64,000 nucleotides of DNA from Eledone cirrhosa (Eukaryota): the NCBI GenBank assembly GCA_964016885.1, contig OZ024750.1, forward strand, positions 5,394,001 through 5,458,000. Direction: 5' to 3'. The notes under the pieces are model-generated. The model was not told the origin of the DNA. It saw only the letters and a list, made by a program, of their open reading frames with translations, and ran no database searches. Both the position numbers and the translations under genes were made by a program. Shown here piece after piece: positions 1-14,050 of this stretch; positions within the stretch are counted from its first letter, which is position 1, and each line of letters opens with the position of its first letter.

Positions 1-116
1 TATATATATATATATATGATATATATATATCATATATATATATATATTATATATATATATATATGAATGATATATATATATATGATATATATATATATGA
101 TATATATATATATATA

Positions 117-204
<88 letters not shown>

Positions 205-470
205 ATATATATATGATATATATATATATATGATATATATAATATATATGATATATATAATATATATGATATATATAATATATATGATATATATGATATA
301 TATATATATATGATATATATAATATATATGATATATATAATATATATGATATATATAATATATATGATATATATAATATATATATATATAATATATATGA
401 TATATATAATATATATGATATATATAATATATATGATATATATAATATATATGATATATATATATATATC

Positions 471-523
<53 letters not shown>

Positions 524-615
524 ATATATCATATATATATATATATGATATATATATATATATCATATATATATATAATATATATATATATCATATATAT
601 ATCATATATATATAT
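1..615. repeat. (TA)n-rich microsatellite
   Basis: Directly visible. Similar long tracts lie at 20550-21010 and 26930-27498. Confidence 0.95.
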
Positions 616-907
616 AGGCTAACATTGTTACACACCAAAATAATTGAGTTACACACACACACTGACCCCTAAACATGTCACACACACTGACCCCTAAACA
701 TGTCACACACACTGACTCCTAAACATGTCATACACACAGAGGCACAGTTGTCTTTATTTCTATAATTATTTAATTTCTTCACCAAGTAAAGTGAAAACCA
801 TTTATTATAATATATATTGTTGCAATACACTGTAAATAACTCGTACTTTGTCATAGTAAGACTGCTAAATCAACTCACTATCCTTTTGAATATAAAAAAA
901 AAACCTT

Positions 908-943
<36 letters not shown>

Positions 944-2059
944 GTTGTAACATAATTTCCTGCCGTTTTTTATTAAGAAGTTTTAATAACAACGGCAGGA
1001 ATGTATGTTTCAGCCCAATATATATATATATTATATATATTAAAATATACAAACTTGTATCACACATTTCTTTGAGTTATATAAAAAAAAAATCACAAAA
1101 CAAAAACAAGATAACCTAAAACTCTGAATATATAATACATTCATCATTTTCTTTCTTTAACAAACCTGTAAACTGTTGGCATTCCAAGACTTTTTAAGCA
1201 TTTATAACAATATTACAGTGGAATAATGAAAGAAAGTACTAGACTATAAGAAACAGAATACATTGTAAAGGCAAGCAAAAAAAAAAAAAGTGTTGTAAGG
1301 TTACATGCATAAATAGAAAATAGAGAACTGTTTCTTTGTCACCAAATTTATGGTAACAAGTTCAAACAATAAGTTTACATATTAGAGATATTGCACAAAT
1401 ACGAAATACAATGTTTTTATTTTTTATTTTTTTAAAAATAATTTTTAAAATTTTTTTTTCTTATTATTTTTTCCAAAATGACTACATGGGGGTGGGGGTG
1501 GGAGGGAGAAAAAAAAAACAGAAATGAATAAAAAAAAAAAATTTAATAACAAAAACATGTTGCTGAGTTTGTTTGTTTATTTAATTACTAATTATTATTT
1601 AAATTTAATCTAATTCTACTGTCAAAGAGTTGGACTGAAGCTTATGTTACTACAATAATATCATTTTTTTTTTGTAAGTGGATAAGGAAATGATTTTTAC
1701 ATTATTAATAATTTTTCTGTTTTTTTTTTTCACCAATTCTTCAGTTAGATTTCTGCAAGAAATCCTCTCCTTCATGACAAAATTATTATTATTTTTTTTT
1801 AAATTTTCAAATATATTTTTTTTATTAAATAAGAAATCCTTTTTGATTTCTTTTCCATTTTATTTTCATGCCCACCCAGCCTCGCATTGTTGCTACCAAA
1901 AAATATCAAAATACACTCTCTCCATGTTAACCATCATTAATATCTCTACTTGCTTTAACATCACAAATTTCTCAATGAAATCATATTCTTTTGGAGCTTC
2001 CTTTACTCTATTTAACTTGGCTTCTTTGCATCAACTTTCTTATTTTCATCCAAAAAAGC

Positions 2060-2099
<40 letters not shown>

Positions 2100-2100
<1 letters not shown>

Positions 2101-2329
2101 CGGTTTCTTATATAGGCACAAGGCCAGCAATTTTGGAGGAGGGGAAAGTCGATTAAAATCGACCCCAGTGGTATTTTATCAGACTGGTACTTTATTTTAT
2201 CGATCCTGTAAGGATGAAAGGCAAAGTTAACCTCAGTGGGATTTGAACTCAGATCATAAAGGGCTGTAACTCTATGCTGCAAAGCATGGTGTCCGACCGT
2301 CTACCAATACTGCCAATCCATCGCCCTTG
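2100..2329 (-). mobile_element. SINE family A
   Basis: Full-length reverse copy with (aat)n tail. Confidence 0.8.
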
Positions 2330-2510
2330 ATAATAATAATAAAAACAACAACAATAATGATAATATTAAAGTTCTTTCTAATACCAAGTCATGTACAATG
2401 GTATATTAATAATATGCTTTTATGTTTTTATAGTTTCAAATCTAATAAATATTTATTTTCTATTTTTATTTAATATATTTAAATCCAATTATATATACAC
2501 ATATATTAAA

Positions 2511-2558
<48 letters not shown>

Positions 2559-3867
2559 CATGTGGGTATATACGCATATTTATGTGTGAATATAAATGTA
2601 TATATAAAGTAATGCATTGTTATGGAGCAGGATATGATAAAAGCCAAAAAAAACAACAAAACAAAACAGACATTTAGACAAAAACAAAAAGAAAAGGAAA
2701 AGGGTTGATTGATTTAGCAATAGAAGTGCATATATATATATATATATATATAATATATATATATGTGAGTCCCACGTTCAATTGGGGATAACCACAGTAA
2801 GTAAGGTACTCAATACATTAGTAGAATGTAAACATCAAATTTGAATATAGCAATGGCTTCTACAGGACTGATAATTTCTCTCAGTTCTAGTCCATTTCTA
2901 TATTAAATTTTATATATATATATATATTTGCTCTAGAGTTCTTATATATTTGATATATATTTATCCTTATCGAGCTCTCTTTAGTCTTCATATTTATTAT
3001 TATTACTATGTATATATATATATATATAGCTTTCTTTTGATGAAGTAAATTACAGTTTACATTTACATGCTTAACATGAGTTCACCTTAAGAAACTTCAG
3101 AAGGACAAAATTAAATTCGAAATGAAAATGCTCAGATAAGTAATAACATTTTTTTTTTGCTGGTGACATATCTAAAACATCATTGGAAGAACAACAAAGT
3201 AATAACAACAAAGAAATAATAACAAAAACTACTGCAATATATATTGGGTGATTAAAAAAAAATTTGAACAAATTATTTAAATGAACAGACAATGGTGTGG
3301 TAGAGCGCCAAACATTGCCAAAATTGTTTATGTTGTTTATGTTATAACAATTTGTTTTAATGTTTGTTTTAAAAAAAAACAACATTTAATTGTTATTATT
3401 TTTTTTTTAATTATTTTTTTTTTAAAGATTAGTAATATGTACAATTGAATACTAACTACAGTTGCAGTTTATATACATTGATTAAATGATACAGAAGTTC
3501 GGTTTCATTAACTGGATGGAAATTGTAAAAGGAACAAAAACATGATAAAATTATTATCAAGCATAAATGTTGAGTCATTATTCTGGGGATTGGAAATAAT
3601 TTCCCCAAAGGAAGGAAAGAATAAACATTTTTTTTCATATTTATAGCATTTGTTATTGAAGCATTATAACTACTAACACATGGACCATATTGGATTGGTG
3701 GAAAAAAATATATATATAATATATACGTTTGTATACACAATTTGTTTGGTGCTTATAATATATGTGATAATTATTATAATGTGTATATATATATGTATGT
3801 ATGTAATGTATGTATGTATGTATATATATATATATTTATATATATATATATATGTATGTATGTATGC

Positions 3868-3928
<61 letters not shown>

Positions 3929-4847
3929 CAAAATGAAAAAAAAAAATGAAAGACCTGTACAATTTTTCTTCTTTTTTTATGGACATGACTTACAACCAGT
4001 ATTTATGTTTTACACTTAATACTCTTTATTGTAAGAGCAAGTTTATTAAACACTTTGGTTGTACACTCAAAGTCTTTCAACCCGTATGACAAAGAAGCCC
4101 TCATTTCAGCAACAAGGAATTATAGGGATTCAATTTTAAATCCTTTTCTCATATTTTTTTTTTTAAATTAAATTTTTTGTCTTTGAATTTCTATAGCTTT
4201 TGACAGTTGATTTTTGACTATTGAAAACTGATTATCTGAAGAGAAAAATAAAATAATAAGCACAACCCATTACATTGTTTTCAATGAAAAATAATAAATG
4301 GTATATGAATAAAAATTTTGAAAAAAAAAAACAAAACAAAAAAAAAACACGAAAATTAAATAAAATTTAAAAGTAGTTTAAATTACAATTCTCTCTGGAC
4401 ATGGAAAGGAAATCGTTAAGAAAGAAAAAAAAAGTTTTTTCTTAATTATAGTAAAACAAAATACAAACAGATTTTGTTAAAAATATTGACGTGTTAAACA
4501 GAATTTGGAGCATTGACTGTTGGCAATAATTAGATTAAATGCTCAATTAGTTCAAAAGCAACGACAATGTATATATATAGAATTGTCATTGATCGTGTTT
4601 TGTCTGTCTGCCTGATATACCCTCACTTTGTTTGAGTAAAAAATTGTCTTTTCAACCAAATGCACATATTAGCCATATGTTACACTAGTGTGCAAGTTAG
4701 TTTGAGATTAATGTGTAAAGTTATAGTTAGCAATTATTATTTTGTATATATTACTATTATTATTGTTATTATTTATTTCAGATTTAATATGTTTTTTTTC
4801 TATAAAATTACAAGGAGAGAGATGTAAAAATAAAAATAAAAGGATGA

Positions 4848-4882
<35 letters not shown>

Positions 4883-5360
4883 AGGATATTGATGGTTTGC
4901 ATAAAGATTATTTAAATTCATCTAGAATTTGAGAGAATTTAAAGAAAATACCAAGTACTATTTCAGAATGAAAAATCCTAAAGTTTACTATTGATTAAAT
5001 GCTAAGACAAAGTGAAATAGAAGGAAAACATTGTAAGAACTATTAAAGACTTGAAAAATGTTCATTTGTTAACTCATGAAAGAATCTTTAAATGACAATG
5101 TTTCTAACAGCAGTGAAAATATATAATTTAGAATAATGAATACATTGATATCAAAAGTTATAGATCACCTACAATAGATGTGTTAGTTTTATTGAATATT
5201 CAATATCAACACAAAAAGAAAGGAACTAATATCTACAAATTAGATATCCACAATGTGAATAAAGTACCGGAGATGGAATATACAATAGTTTCTTTGATAA
5301 AATATTTTCGTGAAAAAAATTTCATTTCTTACAGCCCCCCTCCCATACACAGGTGTGTAA

Positions 5361-5588
5361 TTAATCCTTTTGATACCAACCTGTCCCAAACTTATTTTGT
5401 TTCTATGTAACAAAACCACCCATGTTTAAGGGTTCCTATTTAAATTAAAAATTTTCAACATAATTTGATATTAAAAAAAAACTTTTGTTAGTTTATATTA
5501 CAAACACTATTTTAATAATGAAATAATTAATAATTTTAGTAAATCCTTCCAAATTCTTCATTAAAAATATGGTAATGAAAGGGTTTAA
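5361..5588 (+). mobile_element. Degenerate TTAA-flanked MITE family 3 (related sequence at ~15740 and ~39780-40235)
   Basis: ttaatccttttgatacca...tggtaatgaaagggtttaa termini. Confidence 0.45.
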
Positions 5589-8042
5589 GAATCTCCCTAT
5601 TAAATATTGTTTTCTAAAATGACTCGGTAGAATTTTAAAGTTTTATTAACAATAAGGTTTTATAGTACTCACTAAACACAATTTATATGATAAATATTGA
5701 TCGTGTTTGACTAGATAGAATGTGTCTAAATGTTAAAAGAGAGGATGGAATGGAAATAGTGACATTTATACTTTTTCATATACATCCAAGAGGAAATTTA
5801 CAGATGCTAAGCTGGCCAGTCTATCAACTATTTGTCAAATCAGATCTTATCCTAAATGCAGGATACTCTAACAGTCTGATAAATAAAAGATGGAGAATAA
5901 TAGACTAAATCTAGAAAATGCTAAAGAAATGAATGAGTACTCACTTTAAAGACTCTTAGAATTATATAAGAATCATACATTCCTGAGAAATGAACAATAA
6001 GAGAATTAAGACATATTGTACCCCAGAATTGAAATCAAACATAGAGAAAGTTTGTTTGTTTTGTTCTTATATTTTTGTAAAATTTTGTTATCCACTGAAA
6101 AGAAAATCAGCCAGTACAACAAAAATAGACTTTGGTTTGGACAGAAAATGGTTGAAAAGTGTTGGAAAATTTGGCCAGGAATTTAGACAAAAGGGTTTCA
6201 GATTTAATACCAATCTTATAGGTATGAATCAATGAAGAATATTTTAAACTATCACAGAATGTTATTTTGCATTTGGAAAAATAAAAATAAAACAGAAACA
6301 AAAATAATTATCTTAAATGATAAAAAATTGAAAGAAAGTGGTAAAATCTATAAAGAGAGGCACACACTGAGAAATAGTAATCTGACAATGTTTTCTTAAT
6401 AAGAAGTAGATAAATTCTCTTCTTTGTCTGCCTGACCCCAGGACCCTTGGTCTGACTATAGTGAGGGAATAGTAATAAGTTAAGTCAGGGGCCAATAAGT
6501 TTTACTTGAGAAGTTAACAAAGACAAATAAAAAGGAAAACAGCTTCTACTGAATATCAGAGACACCTGACTGTGATAGAAATAGCAATCTCTTATGTTAA
6601 CACAAAGTCACACAGGGAGAAAGACACAGTTGATTAAATTGACCCAGTACTTAACTAGTACTTAACTTGATAACTAGAAGATACAGTTGATTAAATTGAT
6701 CTAGTACTTAACTTGATAACTAGAAGATACAGTTGATTAAATTGATCTAGTACTTAATTTAATGGCCAAAGGTTAGATGTATTCCGACTTGGACTCTATT
6801 GAATGGCATTTTCTATTTATCTGTTCTATGAGAGCCTACTCAAGGATAAACAAGAGCAACTACAACAATAAATAGCTGTTTACTGCAACAGACATTCAAA
6901 TCTCACTTCTGGCTCCATCAATGTAAACTACAGAACACAGAAGTTAGGGATTTCTTTAGCCAAGAACATAATACAATGCCAGGAGAGGAATTTATGATTC
7001 TTTTCTAATACCTAACCATTTAGTCATATGTCAAAATAGAAATAATTTTGAGATAACTAATACTAACACTTGAGACAGTAAAGAAATTATTACACATAAA
7101 AATTATAAGCTGCTATAAAAATACTCCATAGGTGAAAAGGATTTTAAAATATAGCAAATCTTCAATCAATCTTCAATTGAGGGAGGTTAAGAACGGTAGT
7201 TATCCACCAATTATAGTCAATACCTCAAATAGGGGCCAATATTCATGATATGTTAGGCATGTGTAACAAACAGCCCCCAACAAAATGACCTTATTTAGAA
7301 TTTATCATAAATGTTCATAACAGTCAGAGGTCATCTAGTAGCCAATATTATATGTATGGATCTGTAACTCCTGTTGGAGTCATAGGGGCGCTATAGTGAC
7401 ATATAACATATCTTGGTCACTTTAAACTTGGTGGAGCCCAACTACTCTTCAGGTCTGAGCACAGCCAATTTCTTCTAGAGAAGGAGAGAAAGATTGATAG
7501 AAAGAGATATAGAGGAAGAATCGACCCAGTATTGGACTGGTACTTTATTTATCGACCCTGGGAGGATGAAAGGCAAAGCTGACCTCCATGAGTTTTGAAC
7601 TCAGAGTGCAGAGAGCTAGAACAAATGTAGCAAAACATTCTATCTGAAGTTCCAACAAATCTGTCAATTTGTCACTTTAGTAGCCATTACTACTACCATA
7701 TAAGGTTGAGTTAGAGTCCAGTATCTAGGTTGACACAACAAAAGTGGAGATATCAGATATTAGCCTATACTAACAGAATATCAAGAGACCTTACATCTGG
7801 CCATATTAGTTTTAGTCATATATTTCAATTCATATTTCAAAATATCTTTTCTAAATCTACTTCATATTTTTAGTAATACATTATAAACATAACATTTATT
7901 TTTAAAACAATGCTCAAGTAACTCAGCCAACCTCTTTTTATAGACAATCTGTCCACAACAAATTAACATACCATACTTGAAGACACGTATTTCACCTGAA
8001 AGATTATTCAATTTGTGTATCCACTACTATATATACCTACAT

Positions 8043-8099
<57 letters not shown>

Positions 8100-8273
8100 T
8101 ATATATATATATGTCTTTATATGTATTTTGGGTTCAATCGGGGGTAACCACAGTAAGTAAGGTACTCAATACATAGAAGAGTATAAATTTCTATATTAAA
8201 CATTTATACTCTGCTATGTATGAGGACTACAACTGTTTCCTTCGAATGAAGCAGTTCTAGTCCTGTAGAAGCC

Positions 8274-8316
<43 letters not shown>

Positions 8317-8987
8317 CTTATGAGAAAATTTATGTCCAATATCCTTAATTACCTTGATTTTTTAGGGTCAGTTACTAAAAACAAAAAACAAATAAGAATT
8401 GGATGTATAAAAATATGAAAATAAACTCTTTTCAGTTGAAATAATTCTAAACCAAACAGAATTTTAGAAAACAAATTACTTGAATTAACCACAAGAAGAA
8501 TATAATTCTCAGAACAATCAAGATATCTATTGGGATTGAATAATAAAGATAAAACTCAAATTTCAACAACAACAACAAAGAAAAAGAAGAAATATATTAT
8601 AAATTACATTCAATAATGATTGATATATAAAAATGAATAACTATTTTTGACAAGGGAAAGGAACATACCCAGAGATGAGGACACTTAGGAATAAAAGATA
8701 TTTTAAAATAATAAATATCACTACATTTCAGACACAAGTTTACATACATATAAGTCCTGACTATATATATATATATATATATATATCAATCGACTTTCGT
8801 CAAATTGGACCGAGGAATGTTTCCGTCGGTCTTTCCAGTTGCTAGTACTTTCTATCGGTCGCAACTCCAGGTAGAAGGAGCAATGTGAAATAAAGTGTCT
8901 TGCTCAAGGACATAACGCATCACCCGGTCCAGGAATTGAACTCACAACCTCAAGATTGTGAATCCAATTCTCTAACCAATCAGTCAG

Positions 8988-9034
<47 letters not shown>

Positions 9035-9738
9035 TGTTTATACTTTAGGCACAAGGCCAGCAATTACCCAGTGCATTACTGGTACTTTATTTTATCGACC
9101 CCGTAAGGATAATAATAATAATAATGAGCAGGAAGAAGTATCAATGAAACATTATTAAGTTTATTCACACGTGAAGCGTGTTTTGCGACCGATCAACTCA
9201 AGGTACGATCGGTAGTGATTGGGCTTGGTAGCTCATCAGAATTATGGATTTTCACTTCACTCCTTCTTCTTGTCAAGAATTATTATTATTATTATTACTA
9301 CTACTAACACTCTGCTTCTTAAGGATACTGATGACTGTGAAATACCAAACGTAGAATCCCACATCGGTAGTCGGACTTGAATATTAGCATTGAGTGCTCC
9401 AACAGTAACTAAATCCTACACACCAATACAGTATATATATATATATATATATATATAATGTGTTGTTTCCTTGAGCAAGACACTTTATTTCACATTGCTC
9501 CAGTTTACTCAGCTGTATAAATGAGATGATAGGGACTGGGGTCCATATCATTCCACTGCAAAGTGGTCGTGGAGGTGCCATGGCAAAAAGCACCCAGCCC
9601 TCACTGTAAATGAGGTTGGTGTTAGGAAGGGCATCCAGCTGTAGAAATCAAGCCAGAATCAGTTCCCATCCCACCCTTGCAAGCAGGGAAAAGCGGATGT
9701 AAAATGAAATGATGATGATGAAATGATGATATATATAT

Positions 9739-9815
<77 letters not shown>

Positions 9816-10254
9816 AAAGATAACAAGGATGATTGGTTCCGCCTTCATTACATTTATTGGTTGGTGACGCCTTGAGTTGATCAGTGGCGTCACCAACCAA
9901 TAAATGTAATGAATCGTAACCAATCGTCCTTGTTATCTTTTCACTATAATTGTTTCTACGTTAGGCACAAGGCCAGCAATTACCCAGTACATTACTGGTA
10001 CTTTATTTTATCGACCCCGTAAGGATGAAAGGCAAAGTTAACCTCGGCGGGATTTGAACTCAGAATGGCAAGGGCCATAACTCCATGCATCAAAGCATCT
10101 TTTCACTATAATACACTCTGTCTAGCTCTACACCTCGACACAGAAGTGAACCTAAACATTGAGTGCTCACCTGGGTTAACCTACAGTAACTCCACGTTAC
10201 ACACCCTGGATATATATATATATATATATATCCATGGAGTGCAACTTGGAGTTA

Positions 10255-10292
<38 letters not shown>

Positions 10293-10351
10293 ATCCTCAT
10301 CATCATTGTTTAACATCTATCTTCCACGATGATGATGATGATATGTATATG

Positions 10352-10453
<102 letters not shown>

Positions 10454-11559
10454 CAGGTATAAAACTAATAAAACATCCAATTCAGCAGATATATGAAGAC
10501 TTAACTGCTTAGAATTAATTTAAGTAAGAACATAAATTATTTTACACTGTATTAATACAACCCATTTACTAAATGACTAATTTCAGCTATATGTTTGATA
10601 ACAGTTTTGCATTTAAATGTATAAATGATTGCATGGGTTAACATGAATTTAATATTTGTGCAATGGAGAACCAAATTATACATGGTTATTTTGGATGACT
10701 GAAAAAAAAAATCTCAATATTCGTTAAATTCAGTCAGTATTTAAAATTTAGATTTTAATAAGAAGAAATATGAGAACTGGATGATATTATTCAGAAATAA
10801 TGTGAAAAAAAAAAAATATTTGGGTGTTTTTTTTAAATTTAATTTTTATGTAAAAAATAACTTTTAGTTAGAAAGAAATGAAAAATTTCAGTGGGCATTA
10901 TTAATGAGAAACTGAATGTTTCTAGACTATGTAACAAAGCAGAAGACCAACAGTATTTAGTCATCTGTTTTGTGGAACAACAATGGTAACAAGATAGTTT
11001 AATTATATAAAATAGCAACAACTTTGAAGGTAGACTTTTAAAAAAAGAACATGAAATATAAAATAAAAAGAAAGGAATGTTTATATTAACATAAGAATAA
11101 TGGTATATTTTAATGTTAGTCAGATTATTAACAGTAGCAATAAAAATAGATAGCAGTAATAGATGGAGCTTCTGTGAAATAGTTTTAACTATTATAATAT
11201 AGTCTTATTATTTCAGTTTCTGATTCGAGGAGAACAGACTGATGAATTACAAAGAGTCTTATTTTATAGTTTTTTTGTTATATTTTTCAAATATCTTTAT
11301 CTTATAAACTTGATATTTGTCAATGTATTATCAATAACTGGTGGATAATGGATTTTTCTAGGCAGTTATTAAAATTAATATACGAAAATCGAAGAGTTAT
11401 TTACACAAAAGAAATCTATTTTTTCTTCATAAGTATTTGTTGCATAAGTATAATTTTTACTTTCCTCTGTAAATAGTTTTGTTAGATTTAGGAAACTTTT
11501 TTTGATAAGTGACAAATATGAACTAAATCCTTTAGTAGTTTTAAGTAGTATTAAAAGCA

Positions 11560-11614
<55 letters not shown>

Positions 11615-12703
11615 AGCATGAGAGAGAGATGTTAATCAGTGATGATGATGATATACATCATCACAAGCAAAATAAATGTTTAAAAAAAATCCTTAAATTA
11701 TTCTAATACCTATAGAAGTCTTACAAGAAATGCAATTTTCTCTTTATTTAACTGTTATCAGTACAAAATAGCTTAGTGCCATTAGGTTCCAAGGTGGACA
11801 TGTTCACAAATTAAGGAATAAAACAATTAAAAAATAGATTATTTTTCATTCTTTTCTGATAAGGTTCTTGAAGTCCAACTTTCAGCAGATAGGGATGAGA
11901 GGACTCTCCAGTTGTGTTAAGGGCACAACAACCTCTCTAGTGTTGGTGACATGATAAAACACACCCAGTACACTCTGTAAAGTGGTTGTTGGTAGGACAG
12001 GTAGCCAGCTGTAGAGACTTGAAAAAACAAAGGATCAAGGGAACTCTTTAGTTGTGTCAAAGACATGACAACCTCCCTAGTGCTGTTACCACAATAGGAT
12101 GCACCTGGCACACTCTTTAGAGTGTGGGAACATATGCAAATTAGATGTGGCCCTTGGCCTATCTGAAAGGTCAGTGGGTCTAATTTAGTACTGACTTGGT
12201 CCAGATTGACCAGTCCAACCCTTGCTATCAGGGAAAATGGACGTTAAATGATGTTGATGATCATGATAATGGCAAACTCCTATAATTTCAAGTTGGTTTG
12301 AATTTCTTCTAATAATATATTATTAATGTACAAGGTAGTTCTTATTTTTGAGGTTTATCAAGGACATTTACAGATTGATAAATTATTACTATAACTAAAG
12401 TGCAGTATGACCAAGACATAGGTTCCAAGTGGCCACCCAATCAAACTTTATATTTCCCAGATTCATTACAGCTTAACTTTTATTTACATAAGAATATATA
12501 TTCCAATATTATAAAAAGTAAGTTCAACACTAAAGTTATCAATGAAAGTAATTGTTGAGTTATAAATGAAAAATACTCCATTTCCTATGAATTTATTTAA
12601 CTCCTGTAAGGATTTAGCAGAAAATATCTACAAAACATGTTTGTTAATTCAGATGTATATATTATCTTTACTAGGGGACAAATCGTTGTAAAAATTTGCT
12701 GTA

Positions 12704-12932
12704 TTAACCCTTTAACATTTACATTACTCTATATTTACTATTCTATTTTTGTGGTAAAGGCTTTTTCTAATATAATTATCTCACATAATATCAAATCTAT
12801 GAGATTTTGATGTTATTTATTTTGTGAACAATAACTTAACATCAGTATGAGTGGCCAGTTACAGCCAGTTTGAATAGAAAGAGGTGAGAGAATTCTGGCT
12901 GGATACAGCCAGTTTAAATGCTAAAGGGTTAA
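12704..12932 (+). mobile_element. piggyBac-type MITE family 1, nested in a family 2 MITE
   Basis: TTAA CCCTTTAACATTTA...TAAATGCTAAAGGG TTAA. Confidence 0.8.
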
Positions 12933-13251
12933 AGTAAAGATTTCACTTTTTAATGTCTTAGTGCTGTTGTGTAATATTTCAAAAATGTTATGCTAGGTGG
13001 TTTCATGTGGTAGAACATGTTAAGAGTTAAGTCAAAATATAAATATTGCTTTACTCAATAATAGGCTTATCTCAGGTCGACTAAGGTAAAAAAATATAAA
13101 GAGATTTAATAAGCATTCATAGATTGATGGTGCCTTCCCTAAAACTAACCCCAAACTATAGTGAGTGTGTAGGAGGAATACCTACTATCAGTGTAGTTGA
13201 ATGTCAAGCAGAAAATTAATGAATCTTGCCTTAAGGAACATTCAAAGTTGA

Positions 13252-13330
<79 letters not shown>

Positions 13331-13457
13331 AAAGTTCTATTTAAATTGTTGGGATACAACAAGTAAATATTTTTATAACTGATATAAAGCACTCGACAAG
13401 TATTTGGAGTTGATATACGATATTAACAAATGGAAACTATATTTATAAAACCATATT

Positions 13458-13522
13458 TATTTCATTATACATATTTCAAGGATACCAAGTTAAATTATGG
13501 TATGCCTTCATCAGACAAAATA
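13458..13522 (-). ncRNA. Type I hammerhead ribozyme motif (mirror copy)
   Basis: Reverse complement of 13662-13726 in the left arm of the palindrome. Confidence 0.63.
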
Positions 13523-13661
13523 CAATATATACCAGTTTTATAAATAAACATTGACGTACCCTTTCAAAACGCGACCGTTACTTTTGGAAATGTCTTCCAA
13601 AAGTAACGGTCACATTTTGAAAGGGTACGTCAATGTTTATTTATAAAACTGGTATATATTG

Positions 13662-13726
13662 TATTTTGTCTGATGAAGGCATACCATAATTTAACTTGGT
13701 ATCCTTGAAATATGTATAATGAAATA
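13662..13726 (+). ncRNA. Type I hammerhead ribozyme motif
   Basis: UAUUUUGU-CUGAUGA-AGGCAUACCA(loop)UGGUAUCCUU-GAAA-UAUGUA-UA^AUGAAAUA. The core is intact, stem II has 9 of 10 pairs, stem III is near-palindromic and the cleavage triplet is AUA. Confidence 0.65.
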
Positions 13727-13758
13727 AATATGGTTTTATAAATATAATTTCCATATCG

Positions 13759-13792
<34 letters not shown>

Positions 13793-14050
13793 TATAAATA
13801 CACTCATAAATTTTGGCAATGAAGTTCTAGAAAAATAAAATGATATTCTATTCCTATTATACAGCAATATTAGTATTACATCATATTATACTATCAAAGA
13901 AATTCTTACATTAAAATATTTCTACTAAATTTAAAATAACAGAAACATAGAAATAATTCTGTTTGATTCTTGTAATGTAAACATGGAAAAGTAGATGTAA
14001 AAATGAACAAAAAATTGTAATTTAGGCGATAGCAAATTAGAAAAAAATTA

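Larger units (their letters stand above)
13328..13760. mobile_element. Palindromic hammerhead-bearing element in (TA)n
   Basis: 160-bp inverted arms 13430-13589 and 13595-13754, with (TA)n on both sides. A second, non-palindromic copy lies at 48908-49290. Confidence 0.7.

Noticed and set aside
47-532. Many Y/I/H/T/C/V-rich ORFs (also ~3700-4000, 20529-21056, 26906-27643, 34423-35062, 54625-55220)
   Set aside because: They are translations of TA/CA/CTAC microsatellites with no splice or homology support.
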